DNA of 64,000 bases. Source: a virus (taxonomy: Duplodnaviria; Caudoviricetes). Under the pieces are notes generated by a model, which worked only from the letters and a program-made list of their open reading frames with translations, was not told the DNA's origin and made no database searches. A program made the translations under genes and the position numbers. Below, in pieces: positions 40,401 through 49,400 of this stretch (position 1 is its first letter; each line of letters begins with the position of its first letter). The stretch lies in the IMG/VR virus record IMGVR_UViG_3300044712_000786, positions 1 to 64,000 of that record, one strand, 5' to 3'.

Positions 40401-40556
40401 ATCGGAACGGGTGGATTTGGCGGGGCATTAGAAAATAACGCTGGTCTTGAGGCTGTTTTTGTTAATAATAGTAATGTTATTACCCCTCCCACAGGTTCGG
40501 GGATTGCTAGAATCACCGTTTATTCAGTTAAAAATAAAGTCGGCATAGCATACTAG
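37467..40556 (+). CDS. Tailspike/depolymerase (pectate-lyase-3-like beta-helix)
   Basis: N-terminal VDSMAALR...VKGYYAVGDLGGGNFRWD...GRWIR module, then FNVKMWGAKSD...DNAPMFNRAI...LIFPHGAYLV. Confidence 0.75.
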   Translation: MTTRIPVTDISGKMVWPSAISNYQTVVDSMAALRAFDVGPVVDGQTVFVKGYYAVGDLGGGNFRWDATSTATDDSGMYIVPDSNPAAGRWIRFLNGEAFNVKMWGAKSDMVFSDPDHWVDGAGTDNAPMFNRAIQSIAGQQVFNHSRELIFPHGAYLVKDTIYLWANMKYSTDGALNSTFVWMSSGVNKDIFVSRNASGAIDRMNRPPPAASGTVPDGYYQTVGDDHALKFDGMVIAYCGFNDAQPPDAGIVSYTSQTGYSCFVWCHPGEGSELNNLYTWGGKYGIRTIGGGAPGPYVRRVSAWHPAKAGFGYEAIKNWFRVDGSWVLKKDGAGNIFSLDNPSCDYRAWNWSGGMVHIQDNAGSVYLKGPKFEGIARNGVVCVEYGPDDWTIGQIDIQGGTFNCGILGAVADYNNVWSSAVTFNKIQDTGTYGAAIYSGNYDMPTVTIDKVNMYQVKYLVEDRVNDYRWGIRSLGLDQGRCNRRFTYNGRRTLASGVAHSSYFKPFVSTEDTSVIQFRPDKTGWWRIATATNYNFGGTFEINGVYSDSTSFNVSCPTWLESGSAREVELSLNRSPNVKSKTSTYNQKHVTKARAYLAYGPKGANYESGYTCYLDVYVDKPLWTNPAWTGVNSEESFIYDFLYITSRTENRYADSRDESSFIKPIFLGTGKIDYSGFNPNDPNLYSFGQLDFENQGFVCNDGSPVGAHLKMGDEHIFVDNNGVLKRYNQGAQVIIVDNQNAQTYTDYRAFFTSGGGGVEYILRSHTGNLRDAITTPRVFVSPYETGNGIGALFSATPFYLTGITVVNAGSGYNKNPSMTDGHKILFEEDYGNEIMASRRLYANDVFYITNPSANSRIISGSGFYTSLFVGDRLVGPNNSNYLIDYVVDDKVAIISPFYPAAVTNGMFRRAGYSLVKQETGFYHAVTDVKISLLHDTPWHSGSGFTKLVVRSTNGATVAEIARTGMSGVLQPPISFYWPVIGTGGFGGALENNAGLEAVFVNNSNVITPPTGSGIARITVYSVKNKVGIAY

Positions 40557-40561
40557 TGTAA
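40556..40561 (+). promoter_or_regulatory. GTGTAA putative late promoter (neck genes)
   Basis: GTGTAATAAAAGTATATG. Confidence 0.7.
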
Positions 40562-40570
40562 TAAAAGTAT

Positions 40571-41059
40571 ATGCTAGTTGTAGACATCGCAGATTCTCTC
40601 TATGAGGACTTGGGACAACCAAGTTCGACAAGTATTGCTTCTATTGCGTTTTGGTTAAGAAACCACATAGGACACTTAAATACTTTAATTGGAACATCTT
40701 ACGTCTTAGACGAAGACCAAGAAATTATGTCGGGAGACAACGAGATTGGAACTTCTGAAGCCGACATTCTTAAACAATTGTATATGGTTTATTGGGCGAA
40801 GCTCCAAGTTAAGAATTATTTGGGCGCTTCTGGCACCGAATCCGTTCTAACTATAGAAGATGATGGGGCGAAAGTAACCAAAATAAATAAAACAACTCTA
40901 GCATCTGAATATAGGAATTTAGCGAAAGATGAGCAATTAGCCTTAGACCAAATGGTTAATTCCTATAAGAGGCATGGCTCTTTGCCAGTTCAGGTTACTG
41001 GAGACGATACAGTTGCAGCAGTTTATCAAGTAGTTGACCCAAGGACAAGATATGTCTAG
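40571..41059 (+). CDS. Putative head-tail connector/adaptor
   Basis: Helical protein; first gene of the cluster preceding the tail tube; preceded by GTGTAA. Confidence 0.5.
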   Translation: MLVVDIADSLYEDLGQPSSTSIASIAFWLRNHIGHLNTLIGTSYVLDEDQEIMSGDNEIGTSEADILKQLYMVYWAKLQVKNYLGASGTESVLTIEDDGAKVTKINKTTLASEYRNLAKDEQLALDQMVNSYKRHGSLPVQVTGDDTVAAVYQVVDPRTRYV

Positions 41060-41486
41060 TTTAATAGGCGCAGCCGCTCAAGCGGAATTTACTGGTCAAT
41101 TAATAGACCATTTTGATACTTTTAAAAAGCCTCTAATAGTCTTTAAAGAGCCTATACAGACGGTCAATACGGACGCTAATGTTTACGTTGGTTATAACGA
41201 AATACAAGGAGAAACCGTTACTTATGCTCCCGTAAGCGGAGCGTTTTACGCTTTAAAAGTAGCTAATAATAAAGTAGCCGTCAACTATGTCCCCCGAACA
41301 GATAACGTTGTTTATTCAAGCATTATCAGAATTAAAGTCCTTCCCGAAACTCATAAATTTATAAGCGAGGGAAAAACTGAGTCGGTTTTATTCAACGATA
41401 TGACTTATAACGTAATTAGCTCCCCTATCCCCAAAGACATATTTGGGCTAAGGTTTTATTATTACGATTTAGCACAGTCCTTCTAA
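41034..41486 (+). CDS. Putative head-closure (stopper) protein
   Basis: Synteny and beta-rich size class. Confidence 0.45.
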   Translation: MTQGQDMSSLIGAAAQAEFTGQLIDHFDTFKKPLIVFKEPIQTVNTDANVYVGYNEIQGETVTYAPVSGAFYALKVANNKVAVNYVPRTDNVVYSSIIRIKVLPETHKFISEGKTESVLFNDMTYNVISSPIPKDIFGLRFYYYDLAQSF

Positions 41487-42094
41487 TGAAAAACATTGTT
41501 TTAAATATTAACTCTATCAATGAAAGGGTAATTAAAAACGCCCCGAGTATGAAGGGTTTTATGAACAATGCGGCTAGAGCAAAGCTTGTATCTAGAAAAA
41601 ACGCGCTAATTAAAGCGTTTGACGCGCATTCAGTAACCCGAGAAATAGAAAAGGGACCAGATTCTACCTCTAATTCTAGTTCTACTTTAGGCGGAAAACC
41701 CAACTTATTCAGTTTTATTGGATTCGAAAGCGGGAGTAACCCCACATCGGAACTTAGGCAGTTCCTAATGAGTTATATTGATTTGTATAAAACTCCCCCT
41801 AAGATAAAGGGAAATAGTAGAGAAGTCTTCTTCGAATATCAAGTTAAAATCCCTAGCAAAGCTGAAATTGGCGCAGTTACGCCATTACCATTTAAAACAA
41901 GGTCTTCTAATAAAAGCTGGGCGCTTAGTATCGAAAGTGGCCTTTGGGGACTCTCCCATTACCTCTTTGGACTTTTTGCTTCTTCTCGTTCAGGCACGGG
42001 CTTAGAGTCTAAGTATAAAGTAAGGGATACCGAATTTGCCCCCGTTCCGTATTTGACTAAATTGTTATACGATTTTCAGGAATCATTATTTTAA
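41486..42094 (+). CDS. Putative neck/tail-completion protein
   Basis: Basic protein; synteny within the neck cluster. Confidence 0.4.
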   Translation: MKNIVLNINSINERVIKNAPSMKGFMNNAARAKLVSRKNALIKAFDAHSVTREIEKGPDSTSNSSSTLGGKPNLFSFIGFESGSNPTSELRQFLMSYIDLYKTPPKIKGNSREVFFEYQVKIPSKAEIGAVTPLPFKTRSSNKSWALSIESGLWGLSHYLFGLFASSRSGTGLESKYKVRDTEFAPVPYLTKLLYDFQESLF

Positions 42095-42942
42095 TGAAGG
42101 CGCAATATAAAAATAAGTTATTGTCGAGTTTTACGTTATGGTTTAACCATCAGTTACTATCTGAAGGGGAAGCTTTCAAAAATCATGGTTCGTATTTTTA
42201 TCCTACTAATCAGATTTTTAATGGATTCCATACATATGCCTGCCCTTTTAATCAATTGGTCTCTGATTCTTCTATAAGTGGGGCACAGGTTCCCACTGGG
42301 CTTTATGTTAATAATGTCTTTGTTACTTCTGGCGTAAGTGGTTTCCATGGAATAGATTACGAGAGAGGCAGAGCTTATTTTACCTCTCCTTTACCTAGCA
42401 CCGCTAAAGTTTCTGGCAACTACGCATATAAAGAAGTTAATGTTGTCTTAAGTAACGAGCCAGAAGAAAAATTATTGTTCGAAACTAAGTATTCCCCTCG
42501 TTCTCCCATAGGTAAGACACCAACTGGACTCTTCTCTAACGAACTTACGTATCCCGTTGTTTTTATTAAATATTTTAAAAATACAAATACCCCCTTTGCT
42601 TTAGGTGGAGACGATAACTCAACCAGTCAAATCTCAGCTATTGTTTTAGCTGATTCAGACTTTACTCTTGATGCTATTACTTCGATTTTCGAAGATAAGG
42701 CTAGGACTATAGTACCCCTATTTAGCCCTAACGAATATCCATATAACTATTATGGTGAACTTAGAAGCGGATTTAACTATACCGCAGCTTCCGAGAATAA
42801 AGATTATGCCTTTATAGATGACTCTAGCTCAACATATTTCAGCCCTAACTTCCAAAATAGGATAAGAGAAGTTAACCCTAATCTATTCTTAGGTGTAATA
42901 GATTTTGTTGTGACTAAAGTCCGTGCCCCTCGAACAGATTAA
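42094..42942 (+). CDS. Putative tail terminator protein
   Basis: Immediately upstream of the tail tube gene; LTYPVVFIKY...PFALGG pattern. Confidence 0.45.
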   Translation: MKAQYKNKLLSSFTLWFNHQLLSEGEAFKNHGSYFYPTNQIFNGFHTYACPFNQLVSDSSISGAQVPTGLYVNNVFVTSGVSGFHGIDYERGRAYFTSPLPSTAKVSGNYAYKEVNVVLSNEPEEKLLFETKYSPRSPIGKTPTGLFSNELTYPVVFIKYFKNTNTPFALGGDDNSTSQISAIVLADSDFTLDAITSIFEDKARTIVPLFSPNEYPYNYYGELRSGFNYTAASENKDYAFIDDSSSTYFSPNFQNRIREVNPNLFLGVIDFVVTKVRAPRTD

Positions 42943-42996
42943 TTTTCACAAAAAAACAAAAATAATGTAATACTCATTAACAATAGGATTTAAATT

Positions 42997-44121
42997 ATGG
43001 CAAGAAATCGTGTTATTTACCAGTCTGAAGGCGTGTTCGTTGGTCAAAAGACCCCTTGCACTGGCGACCACTACCCCGCAGATATCAAAGAAATTTATCG
43101 TGTACAAAGCGCGAACTACTCTTTCAACCTTAATAAGCGTGACGTTAACCAGTTTGGTGAACTAGCCGCTATTGATAGAGTCGTTCTCGACCCTCCCACT
43201 GTTTCCCTTGACGCTACTTATTTGCTCGCAAACGCTTATAATGAGAACGCTTTGGGAATGAACGTTGCCGTTGCTGGAACTGCTACTTGGAGCAATGCTC
43301 TAACTGGTATTCTTGGCGGCACCACTGACCAAAAATGTATTTGGGTGAAGACAGTTGCTTATGGCTCCGACCTTCATAACCTTAATACTACTGGCGCTTC
43401 AGTAACTCCTTTCGGCGTTATTGGCTTTGGTAATGGTTATTTAAGCTCATATTCTGTTGATGCTTCGGTTGGTGATTTTCCTCGCGCTAGCGTTCGTTTC
43501 GACGCATCAAACGTTAAGTTCGATAACTTTACTGGCGGTGGATTTACTAACTATGCAACCCAAGCTTTAGTAAGCCCCGCTATTTCGATTACGGACGGCA
43601 CGCTTATTAACTCTAAGTATTGGTTGCCTTCTGGTGTTTCGACTACCGACGCTACGGATAAGACTACTGTGTTACGTCCCGGTGACCTTGTGTTTGATTG
43701 GGCTAGCGCAACTGGCTTCATGGGAGCTAACCTTGCTGACGCTAAAATTCAGAGCTTCTCGATGTCTGCTGACGTTGCTAGAACCCCGCTGAATCGTCTT
43801 GGCACTAAGTTCCCATTCTCATACGAAATTAATTTCCCTATTAATGCTACGTTGAGAGTGTCGGCTAACGTTGGTGATATGAATACTGGCTCGCTTACTG
43901 CCCTAGTTAGCGATACTGGTAGCTTCGACCTGACCGTTAAGATTAATAAGCCGGGTACTACTACCGTTGCTTATGCTGCCGCTCTTAAGGGCGCTCAGCT
44001 TGACTCTCAGGAATATAGCTCGTCCATCGGTGATAACAAATCCGTTAACTGGAGCTTCTCGGTTCCTATCGGTGGCGTTAACGATGTTACTAAGGGCTTG
44101 TTCATCAGTGGTTTGCTGTAA
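42997..44121 (+). CDS. Major tail tube protein
   Basis: Highly expressed codon bias like MCP; RVQSANYSF...VNQFGELAAIDR; followed by a terminator; lies upstream of chaperones and TMP. Confidence 0.75.
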   Translation: MARNRVIYQSEGVFVGQKTPCTGDHYPADIKEIYRVQSANYSFNLNKRDVNQFGELAAIDRVVLDPPTVSLDATYLLANAYNENALGMNVAVAGTATWSNALTGILGGTTDQKCIWVKTVAYGSDLHNLNTTGASVTPFGVIGFGNGYLSSYSVDASVGDFPRASVRFDASNVKFDNFTGGGFTNYATQALVSPAISITDGTLINSKYWLPSGVSTTDATDKTTVLRPGDLVFDWASATGFMGANLADAKIQSFSMSADVARTPLNRLGTKFPFSYEINFPINATLRVSANVGDMNTGSLTALVSDTGSFDLTVKINKPGTTTVAYAAALKGAQLDSQEYSSSIGDNKSVNWSFSVPIGGVNDVTKGLFISGLL

Positions 44122-44142
44122 TTAATCTAAGTTAATCAAAAG

Positions 44143-44177
44143 TAAGCTCGATTTTCCAAAATCGGGCTTATTTTTTT
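44143..44177 (+). terminator. Intrinsic terminator after tail tube gene
   Basis: TAAGCTCGATTT-TCCA-AAATCGGGCTTA 12-bp stem (one G-U) followed by T7. Confidence 0.8.
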
Positions 44178-44194
44178 CCCCTTTATCTAAAACA

Positions 44195-44200
44195 GTGTAA
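44195..44200 (+). promoter_or_regulatory. GTGTAA putative late promoter
   Basis: Directly after the tail-tube terminator. Confidence 0.65.
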
Positions 44201-44224
44201 ATCTGATTGGTAAAAGGTCTATCT

Positions 44225-44527
44225 ATGGATACGGATGAAACTCGTTTAAAGGAATACGCATTATTCCATATAAATCGAAAAGTTGTTAATCTCTACAAAC
44301 AATTACTATTTGTTTTAGAGGACGTTCGAGACGAAAAGTATAACATACAAGATGATAGAATCTATCAAATTACCAGAAAGCGAATATTAGATTTGGGGAA
44401 TGACACTATTAGAGAAATAGAAGAGCACTTTAAATTTTTAGAGCTAAATGTCAAAAATGAATATAGAGAATGTCATCAGACAAAGATTAAACCTTCAGAG
44501 CACGCAAAGGGCGCTGGAGGAATTTAA
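44225..44527 (+). CDS. Hypothetical protein
   Basis: ATG at 44225 after AAAAGGT is a likelier start than the TTG at 44207; GTGTAA upstream. Confidence 0.55.
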   Translation: MDTDETRLKEYALFHINRKVVNLYKQLLFVLEDVRDEKYNIQDDRIYQITRKRILDLGNDTIREIEEHFKFLELNVKNEYRECHQTKIKPSEHAKGAGGI

Positions 44528-44672
44528 CGTTTCCCCTAAAATAGACTTTATAAAGTCGAGCACTTTCGCTATAATTTATAGAACATGGACCGTAGAAAAA
44601 CAGAAAAAGTTTTTAATCAAATTGGGCGGTCATGTTAATTTAAAAGAAACGGAATCATTTATAAACAGGTAA
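44457..44672 (+). CDS. Small hypothetical protein overlapping the previous gene
   Basis: Fills the gap before 44678 with a protein-like sequence; start uncertain (44448 or 44457). Confidence 0.4.
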   Translation: MNIENVIRQRLNLQSTQRALEEFNVSPKIDFIKSSTFAIIYRTWTVEKQKKFLIKLGGHVNLKETESFINR

Positions 44673-44677
44673 AAGGC

Positions 44678-45424
44678 ATGAAAAAACTACATGAATTCAC
44701 AGTAAACAAAGAACAAGAAGTTGACGAAGCTATTGTTAGCAAAGACGAAAAGGGTCAGGAAATTACCACTATTACTAAGGTAAAGAAGCCCGTTCCCCAA
44801 AAGTTTTTCCTAGCTAAGCCAACTCGTTCCTTATATGACGAAGCGGACCTATTCTACGCCGTAAAGCTATCTGAAGGCATTAAGGCGGGGCTGCTAACTA
44901 AACCCCTGCTGGCTAAGCGTTATGCTAACGATGGCGGCTCCATGAGCGAACCAGAAAAGCAAACCTACGCTAACTTATATGTTAATCTGTTTGAAAAGCA
45001 GAGCGAATATCAGAAATTTATTTCCGAGAAGCCTGAGACAGAGCGCACGGCAGAAGATAAAGCTAAGATTAGCGAGATTCTTAAGGATTTAACTAATCTT
45101 CGTCAGCAAATTCAAGAATTTGAGCTATCTCAATCTAGTTTGTTCGACCAAACCGCCGAAAGCAGAGCTAGGAATAAGACTATCCTTTGGTGGGTTCTTT
45201 TCCTTTGTCACAAGGTAGAAGGGGATAAAGAGCTTCCCTATTTCGGTGAAGGGGACTATGACTCTAGGCTAGCTAAATATGACGAGATAGAAGAAATAGA
45301 AGACCAGTTCGTTACTGATACTGTGTCCAAGTTCCTTTACTACGTAAGTTTCTGGTATATGGGTAAAGCGTCCAATCCCGAAGATTTTGCCATGTTAGAT
45401 AAGCTCCAAGAAGAAAATAAATAG
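44678..45424 (+). CDS. Putative tail assembly chaperone
   Basis: Acidic helical protein between tail tube and TMP. Confidence 0.5.
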   Translation: MKKLHEFTVNKEQEVDEAIVSKDEKGQEITTITKVKKPVPQKFFLAKPTRSLYDEADLFYAVKLSEGIKAGLLTKPLLAKRYANDGGSMSEPEKQTYANLYVNLFEKQSEYQKFISEKPETERTAEDKAKISEILKDLTNLRQQIQEFELSQSSLFDQTAESRARNKTILWWVLFLCHKVEGDKELPYFGEGDYDSRLAKYDEIEEIEDQFVTDTVSKFLYYVSFWYMGKASNPEDFAMLDKLQEENK

Positions 45425-45429
45425 TCCTA

Positions 45430-46434
45430 ATGTTCGATAAGTTTCAAGAAGTTAAATTAAAAATAGCTCTCTTTGAAATTATTCGGGGGTTTACAGTAAT
45501 TGACGTAGGTAGGCATAAGTCTATCTACGTCAAACACTTTACATTCATCGATACTGCCAGTATTGATTTAAAATATGCCGAAGCTTACAAATTCGCTATA
45601 GGTAAAGGCTTGCCCCTTATAGACGAACAGATAAAAACCGCTATTGGCAATAATACATGGACGGAAAAACAGGAAAAAAGATATTCGGAAATTCCCGCCG
45701 AAATCAATACTCTTAAACTAACTAAATCTAAGCTATTTTTAAAAAGGGAACTAGACTCTATTAACTCCGAAATAGAGACGCTGGAAAAAGAGCTTCTTCG
45801 CTTGGAGTATGAGCGTTCTGAGGTAGTAGGTTATACAGCGGAAATATTTGCTACTAAAAAAGCAAATGAACATGCTATTTATTACTCATTCAGGGGTAAG
45901 AACTTAGATACATTTTACTTCTCGGAAGAAGAATACGAAACCTTCTCCAACGAAGAAATTAGCAATCTTATCGTGGGACACGCAGGTTATGTAGCCAAAT
46001 TTACTCCGAAAGAAATGAAGCGTATAGCTATTTCTACGGCTTTCATGAATATGATATATCTAGCTGGAGAAGATATCATGTCATTCTTCGGGAAACCCGT
46101 CTTAGAGCTAACTAATAGACAGATGGAAGTCTATAATTTAGGGCGTTATTTCAAAAATCTAATGGCTGAATATAAGGGAACTATTACGGATGATTTACTA
46201 GCGGACCCAGATAAGTTTATCGAAGCGGCAGAAAATACCAAAACAGCCCAAAATTTCGCAGATAAATTAGATAATAAAGAATCTTCTGGAACAGCTATTG
46301 TAGGCGCTACTAAAGAAGATATCGAAAAACTAGGACTTACTAAAGAAGCTGGAACCATCAGTTTGGCAGACGAAGCCTCTAAAAAGGGCGGCAGCTTGAG
46401 TATGGAAGAGTTAATGAAACTCCACGGATATTAA
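45430..46434 (+). CDS. Putative tail assembly chaperone (second)
   Basis: Immediately before TMP; coiled-coil segment. Confidence 0.45.
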   Translation: MFDKFQEVKLKIALFEIIRGFTVIDVGRHKSIYVKHFTFIDTASIDLKYAEAYKFAIGKGLPLIDEQIKTAIGNNTWTEKQEKRYSEIPAEINTLKLTKSKLFLKRELDSINSEIETLEKELLRLEYERSEVVGYTAEIFATKKANEHAIYYSFRGKNLDTFYFSEEEYETFSNEEISNLIVGHAGYVAKFTPKEMKRIAISTAFMNMIYLAGEDIMSFFGKPVLELTNRQMEVYNLGRYFKNLMAEYKGTITDDLLADPDKFIEAAENTKTAQNFADKLDNKESSGTAIVGATKEDIEKLGLTKEAGTISLADEASKKGGSLSMEELMKLHGY

Positions 46435-46452
46435 TCATTTGCCTTATCCTAA

Positions 46453-46458
46453 GTGTAA
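46453..46458 (+). promoter_or_regulatory. GTGTAA putative late promoter (TMP)
   Basis: 20 nt before the ATG at 46479. Confidence 0.65.
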
Positions 46459-46478
46459 TATTAAAAGGATAAAGGCAT

Positions 46479-49400
46479 ATGAACTTAGACGGAAAATTAG
46501 TAATTGGTGCGGACGTAACCCCAGCCCTTAATGAGATAGTAAGGATGGCGGGTAAGCTGCCCCCCTTCAAAATTAGAGTAGACACCCGAAATTTCCCATT
46601 AGGCTCAATGGCGAAATCGGCTGACCAGTTTGCTCAATCCATTCAGGCCGCTAATCAACGTGTGTTAGCTTTCGGAGCTTCGGCGGGAACCATTTACGCA
46701 ATAGAAAAAGCTTTTAGATTCCTAGTATCTTCTACTATCGAAGTAGAAAAGAGACTTACTGAAATCAATGTAATTTTGGGGGCTTCTAGCTCGAACTTAA
46801 AACAATTCAGTAATGAATTATTTAACATTGCCAAAACGACTGGTCAAAGCTTTGATGAAGTATCTAAAGCAGCCCTAGAATTCAGCCGTCAAGGTTTGGG
46901 AGTAACTGAAACTTTAAAAAGAACTCGTGACGCCCTTATCCTGACCCGTCAAACTGGTATTGATGTTGGCGAGGCGGTTAGCGCCATCACCGCTACTTTA
47001 AACAGTTTTACTAAAGCTGCTTATGATTCTACTACGGTAATTAATAAGTTAGCTAAAGTTGACCAAAACTTTGCTGTTAGTGCAGGCGACTTAGTCGAAG
47101 CTATTAAGCGCGTAGGTAGCTCCGCTGAAGACGCGGGAGTTTCCTTGGATGAACTTATCGCTATGGTAACCTCTGCTCAACAGATTACCGCTCGTGGAGG
47201 TTCTGTTATTGGTAACGCCTATAAGACTATCTTTACTAGGTTACAACGTCCTGAAGTATTGAACCAGTTAGAGGAAATTGGTGTAGCCGTTAGAGATAAC
47301 AGTAACGCTATTCTTCCCGCTATTAAAATACTGGAGAACTTCTCTAAGTCCTATGATAACCTTAATCAGTCTCAGAAATCCGCCGCTACTGAATTAGTCG
47401 GTAGCGTTTATCAGATTAACGTTTTAAAAGCTGGATTGAAAGACTTGGGGAGTAGCTATTCTTTCTACGAAAGAGCTTTAAATGACTCCGCTTCCGCTAC
47501 TGATGAAGCTATCCTTCGTAACGAGAAGATGAATAAGTCTATCGCTGCAATGGTGAACTCTACTAAGGAAAGTTGGAAACAACTTTCTGCTGATATTGGC
47601 GAGCAAGCTATTGGCCCAGCTATTAAAAGGGCTTTGGGGGCTTTTGATTTTGCTGCTGGTGGATTAAGCGAACTCTTTTCCAAAAACAAGGGCTCTGGAG
47701 AACAATCAGTTAATATTGGTAAAGACATCGGTCAAGGAATTCTAAAGGGACTTTCTCAATTTATAGAAGGACCGGGATTAGCTTTGGTTGGCTTAGTAAT
47801 GTTTCGCTTCGCTAAAACATTTACTAAATTTGCGATTGATTCTGCTAAAGTAGTTGGCGAACTTAATAAAAATATAGAAAATCGGGCTATCTTGGAAAGC
47901 GAAATTGCGACTGTTTTAGCTCAACAACCTAAAATCTACGAAAGACTTCTAAGCGGAGAGATTACCCGAGAACAAGCGGAAAGGGAAGTTCTTACTATTA
48001 TTAGAAATCAAAATGCCGCCTTAGATATCCAAAAGGGTATTATTACTAGCATGGGAACTTCTATTTCTACTCGTGGAGCAGCGGCAGTTACAAGAGATAA
48101 AAAGGTTGTTGTGGCTGCTTCTAGAGGATACATCCCAAACTTCGCAAACCCCGTTCTTACTGAAAGGGCGGGGGCTTACAAAGCTGGTTACGTGCCGGGA
48201 AAAGTTAAACTTTTCGAAAATAAAGTCATTAATGATGCGGAAAGAGTTATTCCTCCTTCTAATCTAAAAAATCTGGGCTCGACAGCTAATACTTCTGCCA
48301 TCGTCCCTCCTTTAGCTAGCCCCGCTGGACAGGTTTATAAAGCTGCTTTTAAGACTATGTCGGGAGTAGATTTAGCTACTGGACAAAAGGGTTTCATGTA
48401 TGGAAGAAATTACTTTCAACGCGAATGGATTAAAAGCACGGCTAAAAATAGAAAGCTGAGCGTTAATGACCCCGATGTTATTATGACTTTGGGGAAGGAA
48501 TTCGCGAATAAATATGGAACTAAACAGGGGTTCCTTGCTGTAAATAAAGGTTTTGTACCTAATTTCGCGCAGTACCAGTATCCTACCATTGCTGCTATAA
48601 GGAAGCAGCGTCCTCAATTAGGGGATATCTTGAAAAATGCTCCTACAGTTTGGGGGCAGGCTACTGGACAGAGATTCCTTAATCATGATTTGACAGGCGA
48701 TAAAATCCCCATCAGCTATAGAGATAATATTAACTTAGGGGATATGATGAATAACATCCTAGCGAAAGGTAAATTCAGGGCTAGTGAGGGATTCGTTCCT
48801 AGTTTCGCTTCCTTTAAAGAATATAAGGGTATCGGTCTAACCGCCAGAGTCCCCGATAGCGAAATCCTTGACCCCGAAGCTGCTTCAAAATTTGCTCAAA
48901 AACTTTCCTTAGATGGAAACGTATCTACTTTGCTGAAAGTTATTCGTAAAGTTGCACCTAAAAGCCCCGCGCTCGAAGATAATTCTTTGAAATTTGAAGT
49001 AAACTCGGGACTTAGATTTGGTAACGATTTTAAAGCTAGTGGCTTATATCAGTCTGATAATGATACAATATCTATATCCTCTTCTGCTAGAAGCCAGACC
49101 CTAGCTCATGAAATGGGGCATATGGTAGATATATCTTCATTCAGTGATTTTTATAAACAGTCGGGTTTTTCAAGAAAAAAACTTATCAACGCATTAAGAA
49201 GGGACCAAATAAAGTTTAAATCTCGACCTTATTTAATGACTGGAGCTTTTGACGGAGACATGGTTAGAGACATGCTAATGATGTATAGAAGCCCAGATAA
49301 AAGAAATAAGGAAGCTATTGCTGATATTTTTGCGGATTCTGGAAGGATATTCAATCCCAAAATGGAGGATTATAGTCATAAAAAGTATCTAACTACTGGT

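Noticed and set aside
44207-46434. Lambda G/GT-type programmed frameshift among tail chaperones
   Set aside because: No in-phase X XXY YYZ slippery heptamer found by eye near the ORF ends; the ORFs have their own starts.
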